This document shows, piece by piece, positions 20,348 through 30,871 of a DNA stretch of 64,000 nt. Source of the stretch: an uncultured archaeon (GTDB lineage Archaea > Asgardarchaeota > Lokiarchaeia > Sigyniarchaeales > SOKP01). Position numbers and translations under genes: made by a program. Each line of letters begins with the position of its first letter. Positions within the stretch are counted from its first letter, which is position 1. The notes beneath the pieces are model-generated. The model was not told the origin of the DNA. It was given only the letters and a program-made list of their open reading frames with translations, and made no database searches. The stretch spans positions 26,779 to 90,778 of the forward strand of contig CAZWEM010000014.1 in assembly GCA_964632315.1 (NCBI GenBank), given 5' to 3'.

Positions 20348-21214
20348 ATGGTATTTGCAATAAGTGATTTTAAGTATATCGATATTCATACACATTTTTT
20401 TCCTCCTAATCTTTTCAAGGCAATCTGGAACTACTTTGAAATTCCTGGAGATGATGGAAACCCAAGAGGTTGGGAAATTCATTACAAATTAGGAAATGAA
20501 CAATTAGTTTCCTTATTAAAAGAACTAAATATTTTACATTATACAACGTTAAACTATGCTCATAAAGAAGGTATCTCAGAGGGTCTCAATGAATGGACTT
20601 ATAACTTTACTATGAAGCATAAAGATGCAATAGGATTTGGGACGTGCTTTCCCTCTGATAAGAATAAAATAGATTATATAACTAAAGCTTTTGACGAATT
20701 TCAGTTAAAAGGTTTGAAATTACAATTATTAGTTCAAGATTTTTACCCTTTTGATGAGAGGATGTTTGAAGTATATAAACTAGTAATTGATTATGGAAAA
20801 TGGATCACCATGCATTGTGGAACAGCCCCGTATTCTAATGAGTTTGTTGGATTCAAGAACTTTGTCAAGATGATTGAAAAGTTTCCAGATATTAAGATTA
20901 TCATTGCTCATTTAGGAGCGTATGAATATGAAAAATTCTTTAAGTTATTAGACAGATATGATAATGTATTTTTAGATACCGCGATGGTATTTATTCCTCT
21001 AGATTTGTTTAAAAAATGGAAATTTAATTTAAAACACCCTGAGAAAGAATTAATTGTTTCATATCAAGACAGAATCCTTTATGGTAGCGATTTCCCGAAC
21101 ATTCCATATGAATATGAGTCATCAATCCAAGGATTACTTGATTTAGATCTAGATCGCAAGGTTTATGAGAAAATCTTTTATCAGAATGCAAAAAAAACCT
21201 TTAAATTAAATTAA
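20348..21214 (+). CDS. Amidohydrolase family 2 protein
   Basis: DIHTH, GLKL, HCG, AHLG, DTA, YGSDFP. Confidence 0.9.
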   Translation: MVFAISDFKYIDIHTHFFPPNLFKAIWNYFEIPGDDGNPRGWEIHYKLGNEQLVSLLKELNILHYTTLNYAHKEGISEGLNEWTYNFTMKHKDAIGFGTCFPSDKNKIDYITKAFDEFQLKGLKLQLLVQDFYPFDERMFEVYKLVIDYGKWITMHCGTAPYSNEFVGFKNFVKMIEKFPDIKIIIAHLGAYEYEKFFKLLDRYDNVFLDTAMVFIPLDLFKKWKFNLKHPEKELIVSYQDRILYGSDFPNIPYEYESSIQGLLDLDLDRKVYEKIFYQNAKKTFKLN

Positions 21215-21230
21215 TTTCAATATATTTTCA

Positions 21231-22094
21231 TCATAGAATCAATAAGCTAAGTCCCATTACAAACATACCTGCTATAATTCCTAAAATCGAGATGTGCTCT
21301 TTACCTAATGAGCGAGATGTAGGTAATAATTCATCCAATGAAATATATACCATTATACCTCCTACAATAGCCAACATTGCACTTAATAAAAACTCATTTA
21401 TGAATGGGTAAAGGATGATCCACGTGATCAAAGCACCCATAGGTTCACTCATTCCAGATAAGAATGACCATTTAAATGCTTTTTTTCTACTTTGAGTACA
21501 AATGTAGATCGGAACGGCGACCGCAATCCCTTCAGGAATATTATGCAGGGTAATCGCAACGAATATAAGAAATCCTAATTCGACTTCAGTAACAGTCCCA
21601 ACAAAAGTCGCAACACCCTCAGGGAAGTTGTGAATAAATACGCCAAAAAAAATAAAAATGGATGTTTTATACAAGTTATTTTTAGACCCTTCAGGAATTT
21701 CCTTTATTTCATTATGATATCGGCGATGTTGCTTACGACGTCCATGATCTATATGACCATGATGAATATGTGGTTTACAACTTCCATCACCATTCATTAA
21801 CATTTCAATTGAATCCTCAAATTCATATTCATGAGAGACCACAACGTCAATAACTAGCATTACTAACATACCAATGAAGAAAAAAATCAAGCCCCATAAT
21901 AAACCAACTGATTGGATACTCTGTTGGAGTAGTTCTAAAAATGAAATTAGTATCATAACTCCAGCTGAGAACCCCATAATAAATGAAATAAATCGGGGAT
22001 TAGGTTTTTTGATAAAAAAAGCGATTAAACTACCAATAGTGGTTGCTAATCCTGCTAAAAAGCTCAGAAAAAGAGCGAACAGATAATCTGCCAT
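21231..22094 (-). CDS. zupT: ZIP-family zinc/divalent metal transporter
   Basis: FSAGVM, HNFPEG, LHNIPEG, SGMSEP, DELLP; His-rich cytoplasmic loop. Confidence 0.92.
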   Translation of the reverse strand: MADYLFALFLSFLAGLATTIGSLIAFFIKKPNPRFISFIMGFSAGVMILISFLELLQQSIQSVGLLWGLIFFFIGMLVMLVIDVVVSHEYEFEDSIEMLMNGDGSCKPHIHHGHIDHGRRKQHRRYHNEIKEIPEGSKNNLYKTSIFIFFGVFIHNFPEGVATFVGTVTEVELGFLIFVAITLHNIPEGIAVAVPIYICTQSRKKAFKWSFLSGMSEPMGALITWIILYPFINEFLLSAMLAIVGGIMVYISLDELLPTSRSLGKEHISILGIIAGMFVMGLSLLIL

Positions 22095-22173
22095 TCAATT
22101 TTCACCAAAACATATATCTTTCTTAAGGTTTAGCATCTATAGATAGTCCTTTTATTATTATTATAGTATAGAT

Positions 22174-22187
22174 TTAGATTATCCTAA
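22174..22187. promoter_or_regulatory. Putative DtxR/MntR-type metal-repressor box TTAGATTATCCTAA upstream of zupT
   Basis: One mismatch from the TTAGG-N4-CCTAA palindrome, about 80 nt upstream of a metal importer. Confidence 0.5.
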
Positions 22188-22468
22188 TTATTCTATAATT
22201 TTAATATTATATAAACCTTATGTAATGGATAATCCGTAATTATTTAAGCCGAGAATTATTAGATAAATGGTTTAATATAACTTATCTATCATTTGACTAT
22301 TTTAAATAAAGAAATATAACTTTAGGTACAGTAGATAAAATGTGTATGATTAATTATAAATATTGAAAATCATTTTAATAAATCAACGTGTACTTTAATG
22401 CGGGAGTATTTATAAATCCCATTAATGTACGTTGCTTATAAGAAAATACTCTAATATTAAGGAGCCCT

Positions 22469-23497
22469 ATGAGAGATTTAACCACCCAAGATAAGCTATT
22501 TTTTTTTGAAAGACATTTTTTTACCTTAGATGGACTTTGGATGATTGAGACAGAAAACAAACTTGATTGGGACACTGCTTTAGAAATAGATCTGAATGTA
22601 TGGAAAAAATTATTAAAAATCATTTTTCGACGAATAAAGAAATATCTAAAAGTTGACGGAAACACGTTAGGTGACTTGGTAAAGATTCTAACCTTTAGAT
22701 GGGCTGCGGAAGGTTGGGATTATACCATTGAGAACTTAAAAAAGAATGAGATTCACATCGAAATCAGAAAATGTCCCTATAAGTCTGCAATGGATCGAAA
22801 TCCAGAAAGACATGATAAAATTCCATTGATATGTAATAATATGTGTAGGCCTTTTTACAAAGATATAGTAAGTAATTTCAATTCAGAGATTAAAGTGAAT
22901 CGAGAAAGTTTTATGGGCTTAGGAGACGATCTTTGTGATTTTACTTTTAGTATCCAAAATAATAAGGATATGGATGAATTAGAAGAAAACCTTATTTACA
23001 CTAAAAATACAATTCAGGATGAAGACAAACTGTTTTATTTTGAGCGCAATTTTAGAACTCTTGATGGTCTCTGGGTAATTGAAATAGAGGAGCAAATAGA
23101 TTTTGAATCTGCACTAGAAATCGATCTCATTGTTTGGCAGAGGTTATATGAAATAGTTTTTCGAAGAGTTAAAAAATATCTGTCAATCCAAGGAGATTCA
23201 CTCGATGATTTAACCGTAATTTTATATTTTATATGGAGTTGCGAAGGAAACAGTCCCCAGATTACTAGACAAAATGACAAAGAAGTTCTAATAGAAGGTA
23301 TAAAATGCCCTTACGTTGAATCAATGCTAAGAAATCCAGAAAGACATAAAAGAATAGAATCTATTTGTATGATAATGTGTGTTGGTTATCTTGAACCAGT
23401 AATAAAGCAATTTAATCCAAATATCAAACTAAAAAGAACCAGATTTATAGGTTTAGGTGATAATAGTTGTGACTTTCTCTTCAAATTAGAAAGATAA
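22469..23497 (+). CDS. Tandem-duplicated DUF6125/V4R-like (ATC-hydrolase-like) domain protein
   Basis: Two ~170-aa repeats, each with TLDGLW.IE...ALEIDL.VW, KCPY, IC..MC, FNxxI and GDxxCDF. Confidence 0.8.
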   Translation: MRDLTTQDKLFFFERHFFTLDGLWMIETENKLDWDTALEIDLNVWKKLLKIIFRRIKKYLKVDGNTLGDLVKILTFRWAAEGWDYTIENLKKNEIHIEIRKCPYKSAMDRNPERHDKIPLICNNMCRPFYKDIVSNFNSEIKVNRESFMGLGDDLCDFTFSIQNNKDMDELEENLIYTKNTIQDEDKLFYFERNFRTLDGLWVIEIEEQIDFESALEIDLIVWQRLYEIVFRRVKKYLSIQGDSLDDLTVILYFIWSCEGNSPQITRQNDKEVLIEGIKCPYVESMLRNPERHKRIESICMIMCVGYLEPVIKQFNPNIKLKRTRFIGLGDNSCDFLFKLER

Positions 23498-23500
23498 ATT

Positions 23501-25405
23501 TCAAAAATTAGGTGCTCGCTTTATTTTAGTCCATTCTCGTTCAAAAATAAAATCATAATCGTTTTCATATACTTTTTTATAAAAATCAATTTTATCAATT
23601 ATAGATGATATTATTTGATTTTGTTCTAAATCTGTGAGAGAATAGAGGTCAAAGAGAATTTTATCAATCTCTCTGATACAATAATAAATAGTTTCATCCA
23701 ATTCTTTGTTATGCTCTAAATACTTCATAATAAAGTCTACTTTCTCAGAAATTTCTTCCTTAACAGTTCTTTCAGCGTTAACTATTGGAAAATGTCTAAT
23801 CATGTATTGATTTAAATTGATAGTCGTGTCTGTTTGATTATTAATAGCATATAAGCAATAGAATTGAATTATAGCAGAATTAATAACACCACATAAAAAT
23901 TTCAGTTCAACGGGATCTTTATGAAGTAAGGAATATATTGAGGAAGTGAAGCACACACTCTCTTCGCTGTAGAGAGCTTGTGGAAAAACGTTATTGTGCT
24001 TTATGAGCAATTTTTTATTTTTATAAAATTCATAGGCATTACCCTTTAAGCTACTAGGATTTATTGTTTCAATATCAAATGATTTATTTTTTCTCATTAA
24101 ATAATAATCAAAATCATCTTTTGCATTGATAAAATAACATGAATGATTCAATTTGGTTGTTAAAATCTCCTTTACAGCCTTTAAACCTTTGTATTCCTCT
24201 CCTCGAATAAATTTAGGAAAATCTTTGATATTAATATAATTTACATCACCATTCGATTCAAGTTTATTAGCTAATTCGAGAATATTCCTATTTGATTTAA
24301 TTCTAATTCGATTAAGAGGGACTGTTTTAGTATGACAAAAAGGGCAATTATCCAATTTGGTATAAGGATATATCTTCTTTACCCTATCAGTCATTAAACA
24401 TTTTGAATTATTACAAATTTTTAAATCGTCAAAAATTTGTTCATTATATATTATAATCTCCTCATTTGGAAAGCTAGAGACTTTTAAACTCTTTTTACCG
24501 CTTACTCGGCTCTCATAAATTAATACTTGAACCTCATTAGTAGCACCTTTAAAAATATTTGGTCCTATATCAATTATTTTTAAGAGATTTGCTTTTGAGA
24601 GAAGACTATCCCTAAAATTTAGATAACTTTGTCGTAAGAGAAAACTTTTTGGGATAAGAAATCCAATAATACCATTGCTCCACCGGAGTGCAAAAGATAA
24701 AAAGACACAATAAATATCTTTGGTAAAAAATTTCTTCTCTTTTAAAAAATTCTTCAATTCTTGATCTAAGATATTTCCATAAGGAGGATTTCCTACAATC
24801 ACATCGAACTTTCTCGAAGGAGGATGCTTAATCACGTTTTTTATAGAAATATTATTTTCTAAAACTTTAAAGTAATGTTTTAAATCTGAAGTATTATCTC
24901 TCAATATCCTTTTTAATAATTTTAGAATTGTGAGTTTGACAGAAATTGGATTTATATCAAAACCACTTATACTTTTAATAATTCTATCTTTTACTTTTTT
25001 GTTATCAGTAGATAAAGGATCCTTATTAATCAAGTTAAATAAAATGTCTATTAAGCTTAACAAAAAAATACCGGATCCACAAGCGGGATCACAAAACGTT
25101 ATTTCAGAAATTTTCTTAAGTATAAGTTCATTTCCCGGTTTTATCTCATCTAAGCTCATTTCTTCAAGTCCTCTATCTCGAAAAAATTCTAAAAGTGTTT
25201 GTGAGACTATAAAATCAGAAATATATTTTTGAGTAAAATAGACTCCCTCTTCTTTTCGATTAGTGTAATTATGAAGGAAATTTTCTTCAATATCCTTAAC
25301 TTCGCTTAATTTTTCTAATAATGATTCTTTATTATTAGATTCTATTGCCAAACGGACTGAATCATACAAAAGAACAATATTATCTTCTTCTTTGGTTCTT
25401 ACCAT
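23501..25405 (-). CDS. Amino (N6-adenine) DNA methyltransferase with C-terminal TaqI-like target-recognition region; no adjacent endonuclease
   Basis: GVYFT, DPACGSGIFL, FDVIVGNPPY, F.GAT.EV; C-terminal LCGVINS...IRHFPI. Confidence 0.88.
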   Translation of the reverse strand: MVRTKEEDNIVLLYDSVRLAIESNNKESLLEKLSEVKDIEENFLHNYTNRKEEGVYFTQKYISDFIVSQTLLEFFRDRGLEEMSLDEIKPGNELILKKISEITFCDPACGSGIFLLSLIDILFNLINKDPLSTDNKKVKDRIIKSISGFDINPISVKLTILKLLKRILRDNTSDLKHYFKVLENNISIKNVIKHPPSRKFDVIVGNPPYGNILDQELKNFLKEKKFFTKDIYCVFLSFALRWSNGIIGFLIPKSFLLRQSYLNFRDSLLSKANLLKIIDIGPNIFKGATNEVQVLIYESRVSGKKSLKVSSFPNEEIIIYNEQIFDDLKICNNSKCLMTDRVKKIYPYTKLDNCPFCHTKTVPLNRIRIKSNRNILELANKLESNGDVNYINIKDFPKFIRGEEYKGLKAVKEILTTKLNHSCYFINAKDDFDYYLMRKNKSFDIETINPSSLKGNAYEFYKNKKLLIKHNNVFPQALYSEESVCFTSSIYSLLHKDPVELKFLCGVINSAIIQFYCLYAINNQTDTTINLNQYMIRHFPIVNAERTVKEEISEKVDFIMKYLEHNKELDETIYYCIREIDKILFDLYSLTDLEQNQIISSIIDKIDFYKKVYENDYDFIFEREWTKIKRAPNF

Positions 25406-25524
25406 AACAATTTAGACTCAATACTGATACATTTAATTTCTCTTATTATGAATTTTATAAATTTTCAGCTATTTGAACTAATTCTTTATCTTTTTATATT
25501 TTTATTAACTTTATATAATAGAGA

Positions 25525-26022
25525 ATGACTGATAAATTAGAAGATGAAGATTATCACGGAGTCGCTCCTATAAGACCCATTGTTAAGAAAATGAAGAAGG
25601 ATTTTGACAAAGATCCTGAAGGATGGGGTTTAATTGGTTCTAGTGATACGGATGGAAATACTGATACCTTCATTACTAAAAAACCCAATACTTATTGGTT
25701 AAAATCTAAAGCACTTAGTCCATATTCATCCTTAAGCATGGGCTCTATAGTCAGAAATATCGACAAAGAAATCGAAGAAAGTGTGGGTCAAAATAAACAA
25801 TTATCACCAGATGAAATGCTCAGATTGTTCGGAATGATCGTGCCAATTAAAAACGATCAATCAATCATCGCCTCTGGAATAGAGAAGCATTCTCAGTCGC
25901 ATGGTGAATATTTAAAGAAAATAATCCATGAACAAAATCCAAATCTTAATTACGGTCTCGCAAGAAGGATTGATGAAGAATTTACTAAAAAACATCCTCA
26001 ACGTAAAAATTTATATATTTAA
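25525..26022 (+). CDS. Hypothetical protein
   Basis: 165-aa ORF with typical coding composition. Confidence 0.75.
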   Translation: MTDKLEDEDYHGVAPIRPIVKKMKKDFDKDPEGWGLIGSSDTDGNTDTFITKKPNTYWLKSKALSPYSSLSMGSIVRNIDKEIEESVGQNKQLSPDEMLRLFGMIVPIKNDQSIIASGIEKHSQSHGEYLKKIIHEQNPNLNYGLARRIDEEFTKKHPQRKNLYI

Positions 26023-26059
26023 ATAAATCTCCTTATAGATCAAAAAAGAATAGTAGAGA

Positions 26060-26476
26060 TTATAATTTTTGCTTTAGTATACTTAGATCTTCTTTATTTT
26101 TTATTATAGGCAAATTAGAGGAATATTTTTCAGAATTATTTATCAATTCTGAAACAAAAATAGACATTTTTTCTGGTCCAGATTTATCATCTAAATTTTT
26201 AGCGAATTCTTTGATTGAAATTACATTTAGATCTTTCACATAAAAAGAGACACCTTTTTCTACTTCTTCTAAGAGAAATTGAAATGATAAATCAGCACCT
26301 CTCTCATTTTTAACCAATGGTTGATCTGGGTCTTCAAAGGTATAAGAAACTTCAGTCCAACGTGTTCCGTCGGTATTAACAGGAACCATACCAAAAATAT
26401 AATCATCCGTATAGAGCCAAATTGGCGTACCATTATTGTATGAAGCATCGACGATTGCTTTAAACTCTTCACTCAT
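26060..26476 (-). CDS. Hypothetical protein
   Basis: 138-aa acidic ORF with typical coding composition. Confidence 0.75.
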   Translation of the reverse strand: MSEEFKAIVDASYNNGTPIWLYTDDYIFGMVPVNTDGTRWTEVSYTFEDPDQPLVKNERGADLSFQFLLEEVEKGVSFYVKDLNVISIKEFAKNLDDKSGPEKMSIFVSELINNSEKYSSNLPIIKNKEDLSILKQKL

Positions 26477-26623
26477 ATCTAATCAATATAATAAAAATTA
26501 ATTAATTTTTTCATTAGAGATATTAAATTACAATGACAAAATAATAATCAAAAAATTGTTATTTTAATATTATGATTTCCTTACTTAAGTGTATTTTCAA
26601 TAAGAATTAATTAATTTTTTATC

Positions 26624-27382
26624 ATGAGAGCGCTTGATTATCACAAACTAAGTTATGATATTGAAAGCTGGATAATGAACTATGTAAATTCCACAGGAGC
26701 AGCAAAAGTGGTAGTGGGATTAAGTGGAGGGATAGACAGTGCTGTTACAGCAGCATTGTGTGCAAATGCTTTAGGAAAAAATAATATTTACGCCTATGCA
26801 CTCCCATGTAATTCAATCCCTGAAGATCTCAAAGATGCTCGATTAGTTGCTTCGAATTTAGGAATTAGATTTGAAGTAATTGAATTAACTCCTGTGTATG
26901 ACCAATTTTTAGAGTCTATAGAGGTATCATCAAATAAGGTTGCCAACGCAAATTTGAAACCTAGACTGCGCATGATGGTTTTGTACTATTTAGCTCAATC
27001 ATTACAAAATTGTTTAGTTGCTGGTACGGGAAATAGAGTAGAATTACAAATAGGATATTTCACTAAATATGGTGATGGAGGAGTCGATTTTGAGCCGTTA
27101 GGAATGTTGTATAAAAATGAAGTGAGGAAATTGGCACGAATCTTAAACATTCCTGTACCCGTCATCAAAAAAGCACCTTCTCCTGGTTTGTGGAAAGGTC
27201 AAACTGATGAAGGAGAAATAGGAGTTAGCTATGATATAATGGATGAAATTTTATATCGAATTGATTATGATTTAAGTTTTAATGGATTGGAGGATAGTGC
27301 GGTTGAAAAGGTTAAAAATATGATGAAATTAGCAGAGCATAAACTGAAAATGCCTCCCATGTTTGAAATAGAAATATTATAA
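26624..27382 (+). CDS. nadE: NH3-dependent NAD+ synthetase
   Basis: GLSGGIDS, N.KPRLRM, GYFTKYGDGGVD, PSPGLW.GQTDE. Confidence 0.95.
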   Translation: MRALDYHKLSYDIESWIMNYVNSTGAAKVVVGLSGGIDSAVTAALCANALGKNNIYAYALPCNSIPEDLKDARLVASNLGIRFEVIELTPVYDQFLESIEVSSNKVANANLKPRLRMMVLYYLAQSLQNCLVAGTGNRVELQIGYFTKYGDGGVDFEPLGMLYKNEVRKLARILNIPVPVIKKAPSPGLWKGQTDEGEIGVSYDIMDEILYRIDYDLSFNGLEDSAVEKVKNMMKLAEHKLKMPPMFEIEIL

Positions 27383-28819
27383 ACTAGAAATTATTTTTCT
27401 AATTGTATTTATTCGAGTAGTAATCTCTTGCATCTTTTCTTTTACTTCTTCATTACTACTCTTATACTGTATATCTGATATCGAACCCTTATTATAGCTG
27501 TTTTCTAATTCTTTAAATCTTTTTTCTATAGCATAGCGACTCCCTTCCAGGGCAATAAGCTCTTGATAGAGAGTGTCCTTGTCACTAGATAGTTCCTCGG
27601 AACTTTTTTCTTGAGCTTGAGACTTTATTGGCTCAATCTTACTATTAAAATCTATGAATGAAGTCGCTTGACTCTTTTCTGAAGATTTGCTCGTTATAGG
27701 TTCATTTACGATTGTTTTTAACGTGTTATCTTTCTTTTGCTCTTCTATAACTTGTTTAGATTTCTGTTCACCTTTAGGACGAATATCTTCACCTACAGAG
27801 GATAAAACATCAAATAAATCTAAACCACTTGTTTTAATAGATTCTGTTTCTTTCTCCTCGATACGAACACTACTTATCTTTGGTTTTTCTACAAAAAAAG
27901 CCTCATTCTCCTTAGAATTATTATCATCAGATAACTTTTCTTCCTTTTCTTCAACAATAGTGGTCACTTTTATTTTTTCAGAGATAATTGGCTTATCTTT
28001 GCTTTCTTCAATTACAGTTGTTGTAATCTCAGGTTTTTTAGACTTACCTTCTGGTTTTATAACAGGAATGGGAGTTAATAAATTTCCATTTGCCTCTTTT
28101 TTCTCTAATTCAATTGGTTTCGATGGAATTGGAGTAAGAGATTGCAGTTTTTGTGCTGATACCTTTTGCGTTTGAGATTTTTGTTTCACTGGAGGTTCTG
28201 GAGGGATAGGAGGTATTGAATCTTCTATTTGTTCCTTAGTTTTAAGAACTGTTTTTTTAATAATTGGAATTTTGATCTTTGGTGGTGGAAGCCTTACATT
28301 TTTCTTAGGAGTGATTTTTTGAACTTTCTTTTTATGAGATGCTTCTTTTATTGCCTCATCTTTCTTATCTATCTCCTTTTTCAAGTTTTCAATAGTGTCT
28401 TTTAAAACATCTATTTCTCCCTTAAACTGTTGAGAAACTTTATCCACAATTTCACCAATATTAATATCATTATTTTCTGTTTTTGGTTTCTCTTCCACTG
28501 AAGGAGATGATTCACTAATTTCTTGAGTTTTTATGGGAGCTTTACTTGATATATTCAATAATTGCTCAATATCCCCAGGAATAGACGTTTCTAAGAACCA
28601 GAGATCTAAAGTATCCCATTCTTCAAGTTTTTTTAAAATTTTATTAATCTGATCCTTATGTTCTGAAACAAGGCCATCTTCTAATAACTCTTTAAATTTT
28701 CCTATCATTAATTCTCTTGCATCTATCTCATCATCTGGAGACGGTTCCCCTTCAGTTAGAAACAAAAAGATCTCTTTTATTTCTCCTAAAATATCTTTTT
28801 TCTTCTCTCCTTCACTCAT
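27377..28819 (-). CDS. Scaffold-like protein: helical N-domain, coiled coil, long Pro/Lys/Glu-rich disordered linker, C-terminal helical bundle
   Basis: RLPPPKIKIP, IPPIPPEPP and LTPIP motifs; C-terminal YNKGSISDIQY within a coiled coil; overlaps the nadE 3' end by 6 nt. Confidence 0.8.
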   Translation of the reverse strand: MSEGEKKKDILGEIKEIFLFLTEGEPSPDDEIDARELMIGKFKELLEDGLVSEHKDQINKILKKLEEWDTLDLWFLETSIPGDIEQLLNISSKAPIKTQEISESSPSVEEKPKTENNDINIGEIVDKVSQQFKGEIDVLKDTIENLKKEIDKKDEAIKEASHKKKVQKITPKKNVRLPPPKIKIPIIKKTVLKTKEQIEDSIPPIPPEPPVKQKSQTQKVSAQKLQSLTPIPSKPIELEKKEANGNLLTPIPVIKPEGKSKKPEITTTVIEESKDKPIISEKIKVTTIVEEKEEKLSDDNNSKENEAFFVEKPKISSVRIEEKETESIKTSGLDLFDVLSSVGEDIRPKGEQKSKQVIEEQKKDNTLKTIVNEPITSKSSEKSQATSFIDFNSKIEPIKSQAQEKSSEELSSDKDTLYQELIALEGSRYAIEKRFKELENSYNKGSISDIQYKSSNEEVKEKMQEITTRINTIRKIISSL

Positions 28820-28896
28820 AGGTTTTAGTTTTTCCCAATAATTACTGCTATTTATTTCTGTTTAAATATTTAAAAACATTTCATTAATATATTTTT

Positions 28897-30099
28897 TTGC
28901 CATATACTCAATTAGACTTTTGTAAAAAAGGTGAATTGAATATTAATTTAAAAACTGAACATAATTTTCCAATTGGATATTATGAGTTTCACAAACATCC
29001 TAATTTAAATTTTCAATTTATAAGATTAGTTAATAACGGAGGAAAGTTAGAAGAAGTAAGAGAAGTAGCAAAAAAGATAGAAGATTTTGATGATTGGAAA
29101 CGAGAATTAGTTGCTTTAGCAGAAAAGGCTTTAAATGAAAATCGTTTGTTAAATTCAGCGGTGTATTATAGAGCTGCTGAATTTTTTGTGTCTCCCCATG
29201 ATCCTGATAAAGACATTCTTTATGAAAAATTCATTGAGTTAATAAAAAAGGTTTATGATGATTTGCCTAAAATCAGAGTTAAGATTCCCTATGAAGCTTC
29301 ATATCTTCCAGGATACCATTTTAAATGTGAAAAAAGTAAAGGAACTGTTGTAGTTTTTAGCGGTTATGATGGATTCATTGAAGAATTGTATAATTTATGC
29401 TCTTATATCAGAGATGCAGATTATGAAGTAATAGCATTTGAGGGTCCTGGGCAAGGTGCTGCACTTAAAAAAAATAAATTAGTAATGACCCATGAATGGG
29501 AAAGACCGGTTAAGGCAGTTCTTGACCATTTTGGCTTAAAAGACATAACATTAATAGGTGTTTCATTAGGTGGATATTTAAGTTTACGAGCTGCCGCTTT
29601 CGAACCTAGAATTTCAAGGGTGGTCGCTTTTGGAACTATTTATGATTTCTTTCAAGTTCTTTTATATGCAGGGGGACCTAAAATTCGTGAATTAGCGGAA
29701 AAACTTTTAGATAGTAATCAAGTTGATGTTTTCAATAAAATAATGCAAAAAAGGATGGAAACCAACTTGCTTGTTAATTGGGGTGTGAATCATGGGATGT
29801 ATGTATTTGGTGTGCATTCCCCGTTTGAATACATTGAAAAAGTGCGATTATATTCTACGGCAGAAATCTCTGAAAAAATAACCCAAGATGTTTTACTAAT
29901 GACTGGAACCAAAGACCATTTTGTTCCTTTAGAAATGTTTTATAAACAAATAGAAGCATTAAAAAATGTAAAATCTCTTACCGCTAGATTGTTTACCGAA
30001 AAAGAACATGCAGGAAGCCATTGTCAAATGGATAACTACAAGCTAGCTCTCGATGTGATTCTAAATTGGATTGAACAAATGAATAAACGAGATCAGTAA
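28897..30099 (+). CDS. Alpha/beta-fold hydrolase (FrsA/DHPON-hydrolase-like)
   Basis: FEGPGQG, GVSLGG nucleophile elbow, DHFVP, HCQ. The true start is probably the TTG after GGTGA near 28934. Confidence 0.88.
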   Translation: MPYTQLDFCKKGELNINLKTEHNFPIGYYEFHKHPNLNFQFIRLVNNGGKLEEVREVAKKIEDFDDWKRELVALAEKALNENRLLNSAVYYRAAEFFVSPHDPDKDILYEKFIELIKKVYDDLPKIRVKIPYEASYLPGYHFKCEKSKGTVVVFSGYDGFIEELYNLCSYIRDADYEVIAFEGPGQGAALKKNKLVMTHEWERPVKAVLDHFGLKDITLIGVSLGGYLSLRAAAFEPRISRVVAFGTIYDFFQVLLYAGGPKIRELAEKLLDSNQVDVFNKIMQKRMETNLLVNWGVNHGMYVFGVHSPFEYIEKVRLYSTAEISEKITQDVLLMTGTKDHFVPLEMFYKQIEALKNVKSLTARLFTEKEHAGSHCQMDNYKLALDVILNWIEQMNKRDQ

Positions 30100-30222
30100 G
30101 ATTAAAAATCTTAAAGCAATGAAATTTCATTGTTATCTAAAACAAAAAGTAGAACTAAAATTCTCCCGAAATATTCCAACAGCATATATCTTGAGAGTTT
30201 TATAACTCTTCTTGGATTTATC

Positions 30223-30678
30223 TTATTTTACTAATTTAATTCCAAAATCTTTGCATTTAGGAAGCTCTCTATCTACTATAGGTCCTTTTGAAGGGCCTGT
30301 TCCCTCAACTTTAATTGACAATCCGGGAGATGCTTTTGCTAGATCCGGCATCACTTCACTTATCTGCTCCTCCATCTTTTTTACAGCTTTTTCAAAATCA
30401 GCGGTAATATAAGTATCAAATACCGCATACGCGTTAACTTTTAATTGGGATTTTGGGAGCTTATTGATAAATTTCTTTATTGAGCCGATATGACGCCCAA
30501 AATGATTTGGGGATCCTATTAAAATCAAATCGTATGATGCTTCTTTTTTAAGATTCACATCTTTTACTTTAGTAACTATTGCTTCATTACCATTAACAGA
30601 GCTGATTCCTTCTGCTATTAAATTAGCTACTTTTTCAGTATTTCCATACTTCGTAGCATAGACTATTAAAACTTTCAC
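30223..30678 (-). CDS. Flavodoxin-like protein
   Basis: YATKYGNTEKVA, GSPNH, AVFDT. Confidence 0.88.
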   Translation of the reverse strand: MKVLIVYATKYGNTEKVANLIAEGISSVNGNEAIVTKVKDVNLKKEASYDLILIGSPNHFGRHIGSIKKFINKLPKSQLKVNAYAVFDTYITADFEKAVKKMEEQISEVMPDLAKASPGLSIKVEGTGPSKGPIVDRELPKCKDFGIKLVK

Positions 30679-30871
30679 TTTAAATATCCTCCAGTAATAA
30701 ATTTGTTAATATTAAATATTATGTATTTTAAAATTATGATTATTGAATTTAATTATTATAACTTAATTAAATCGTAATTATATTTTCATTCTTTTGAATA
30801 TATTCTTCCTTAAAGTTACCAAACCATTAGGAGTAACTTAAGTGATTAATATAGTAGGACACAATCCTACA

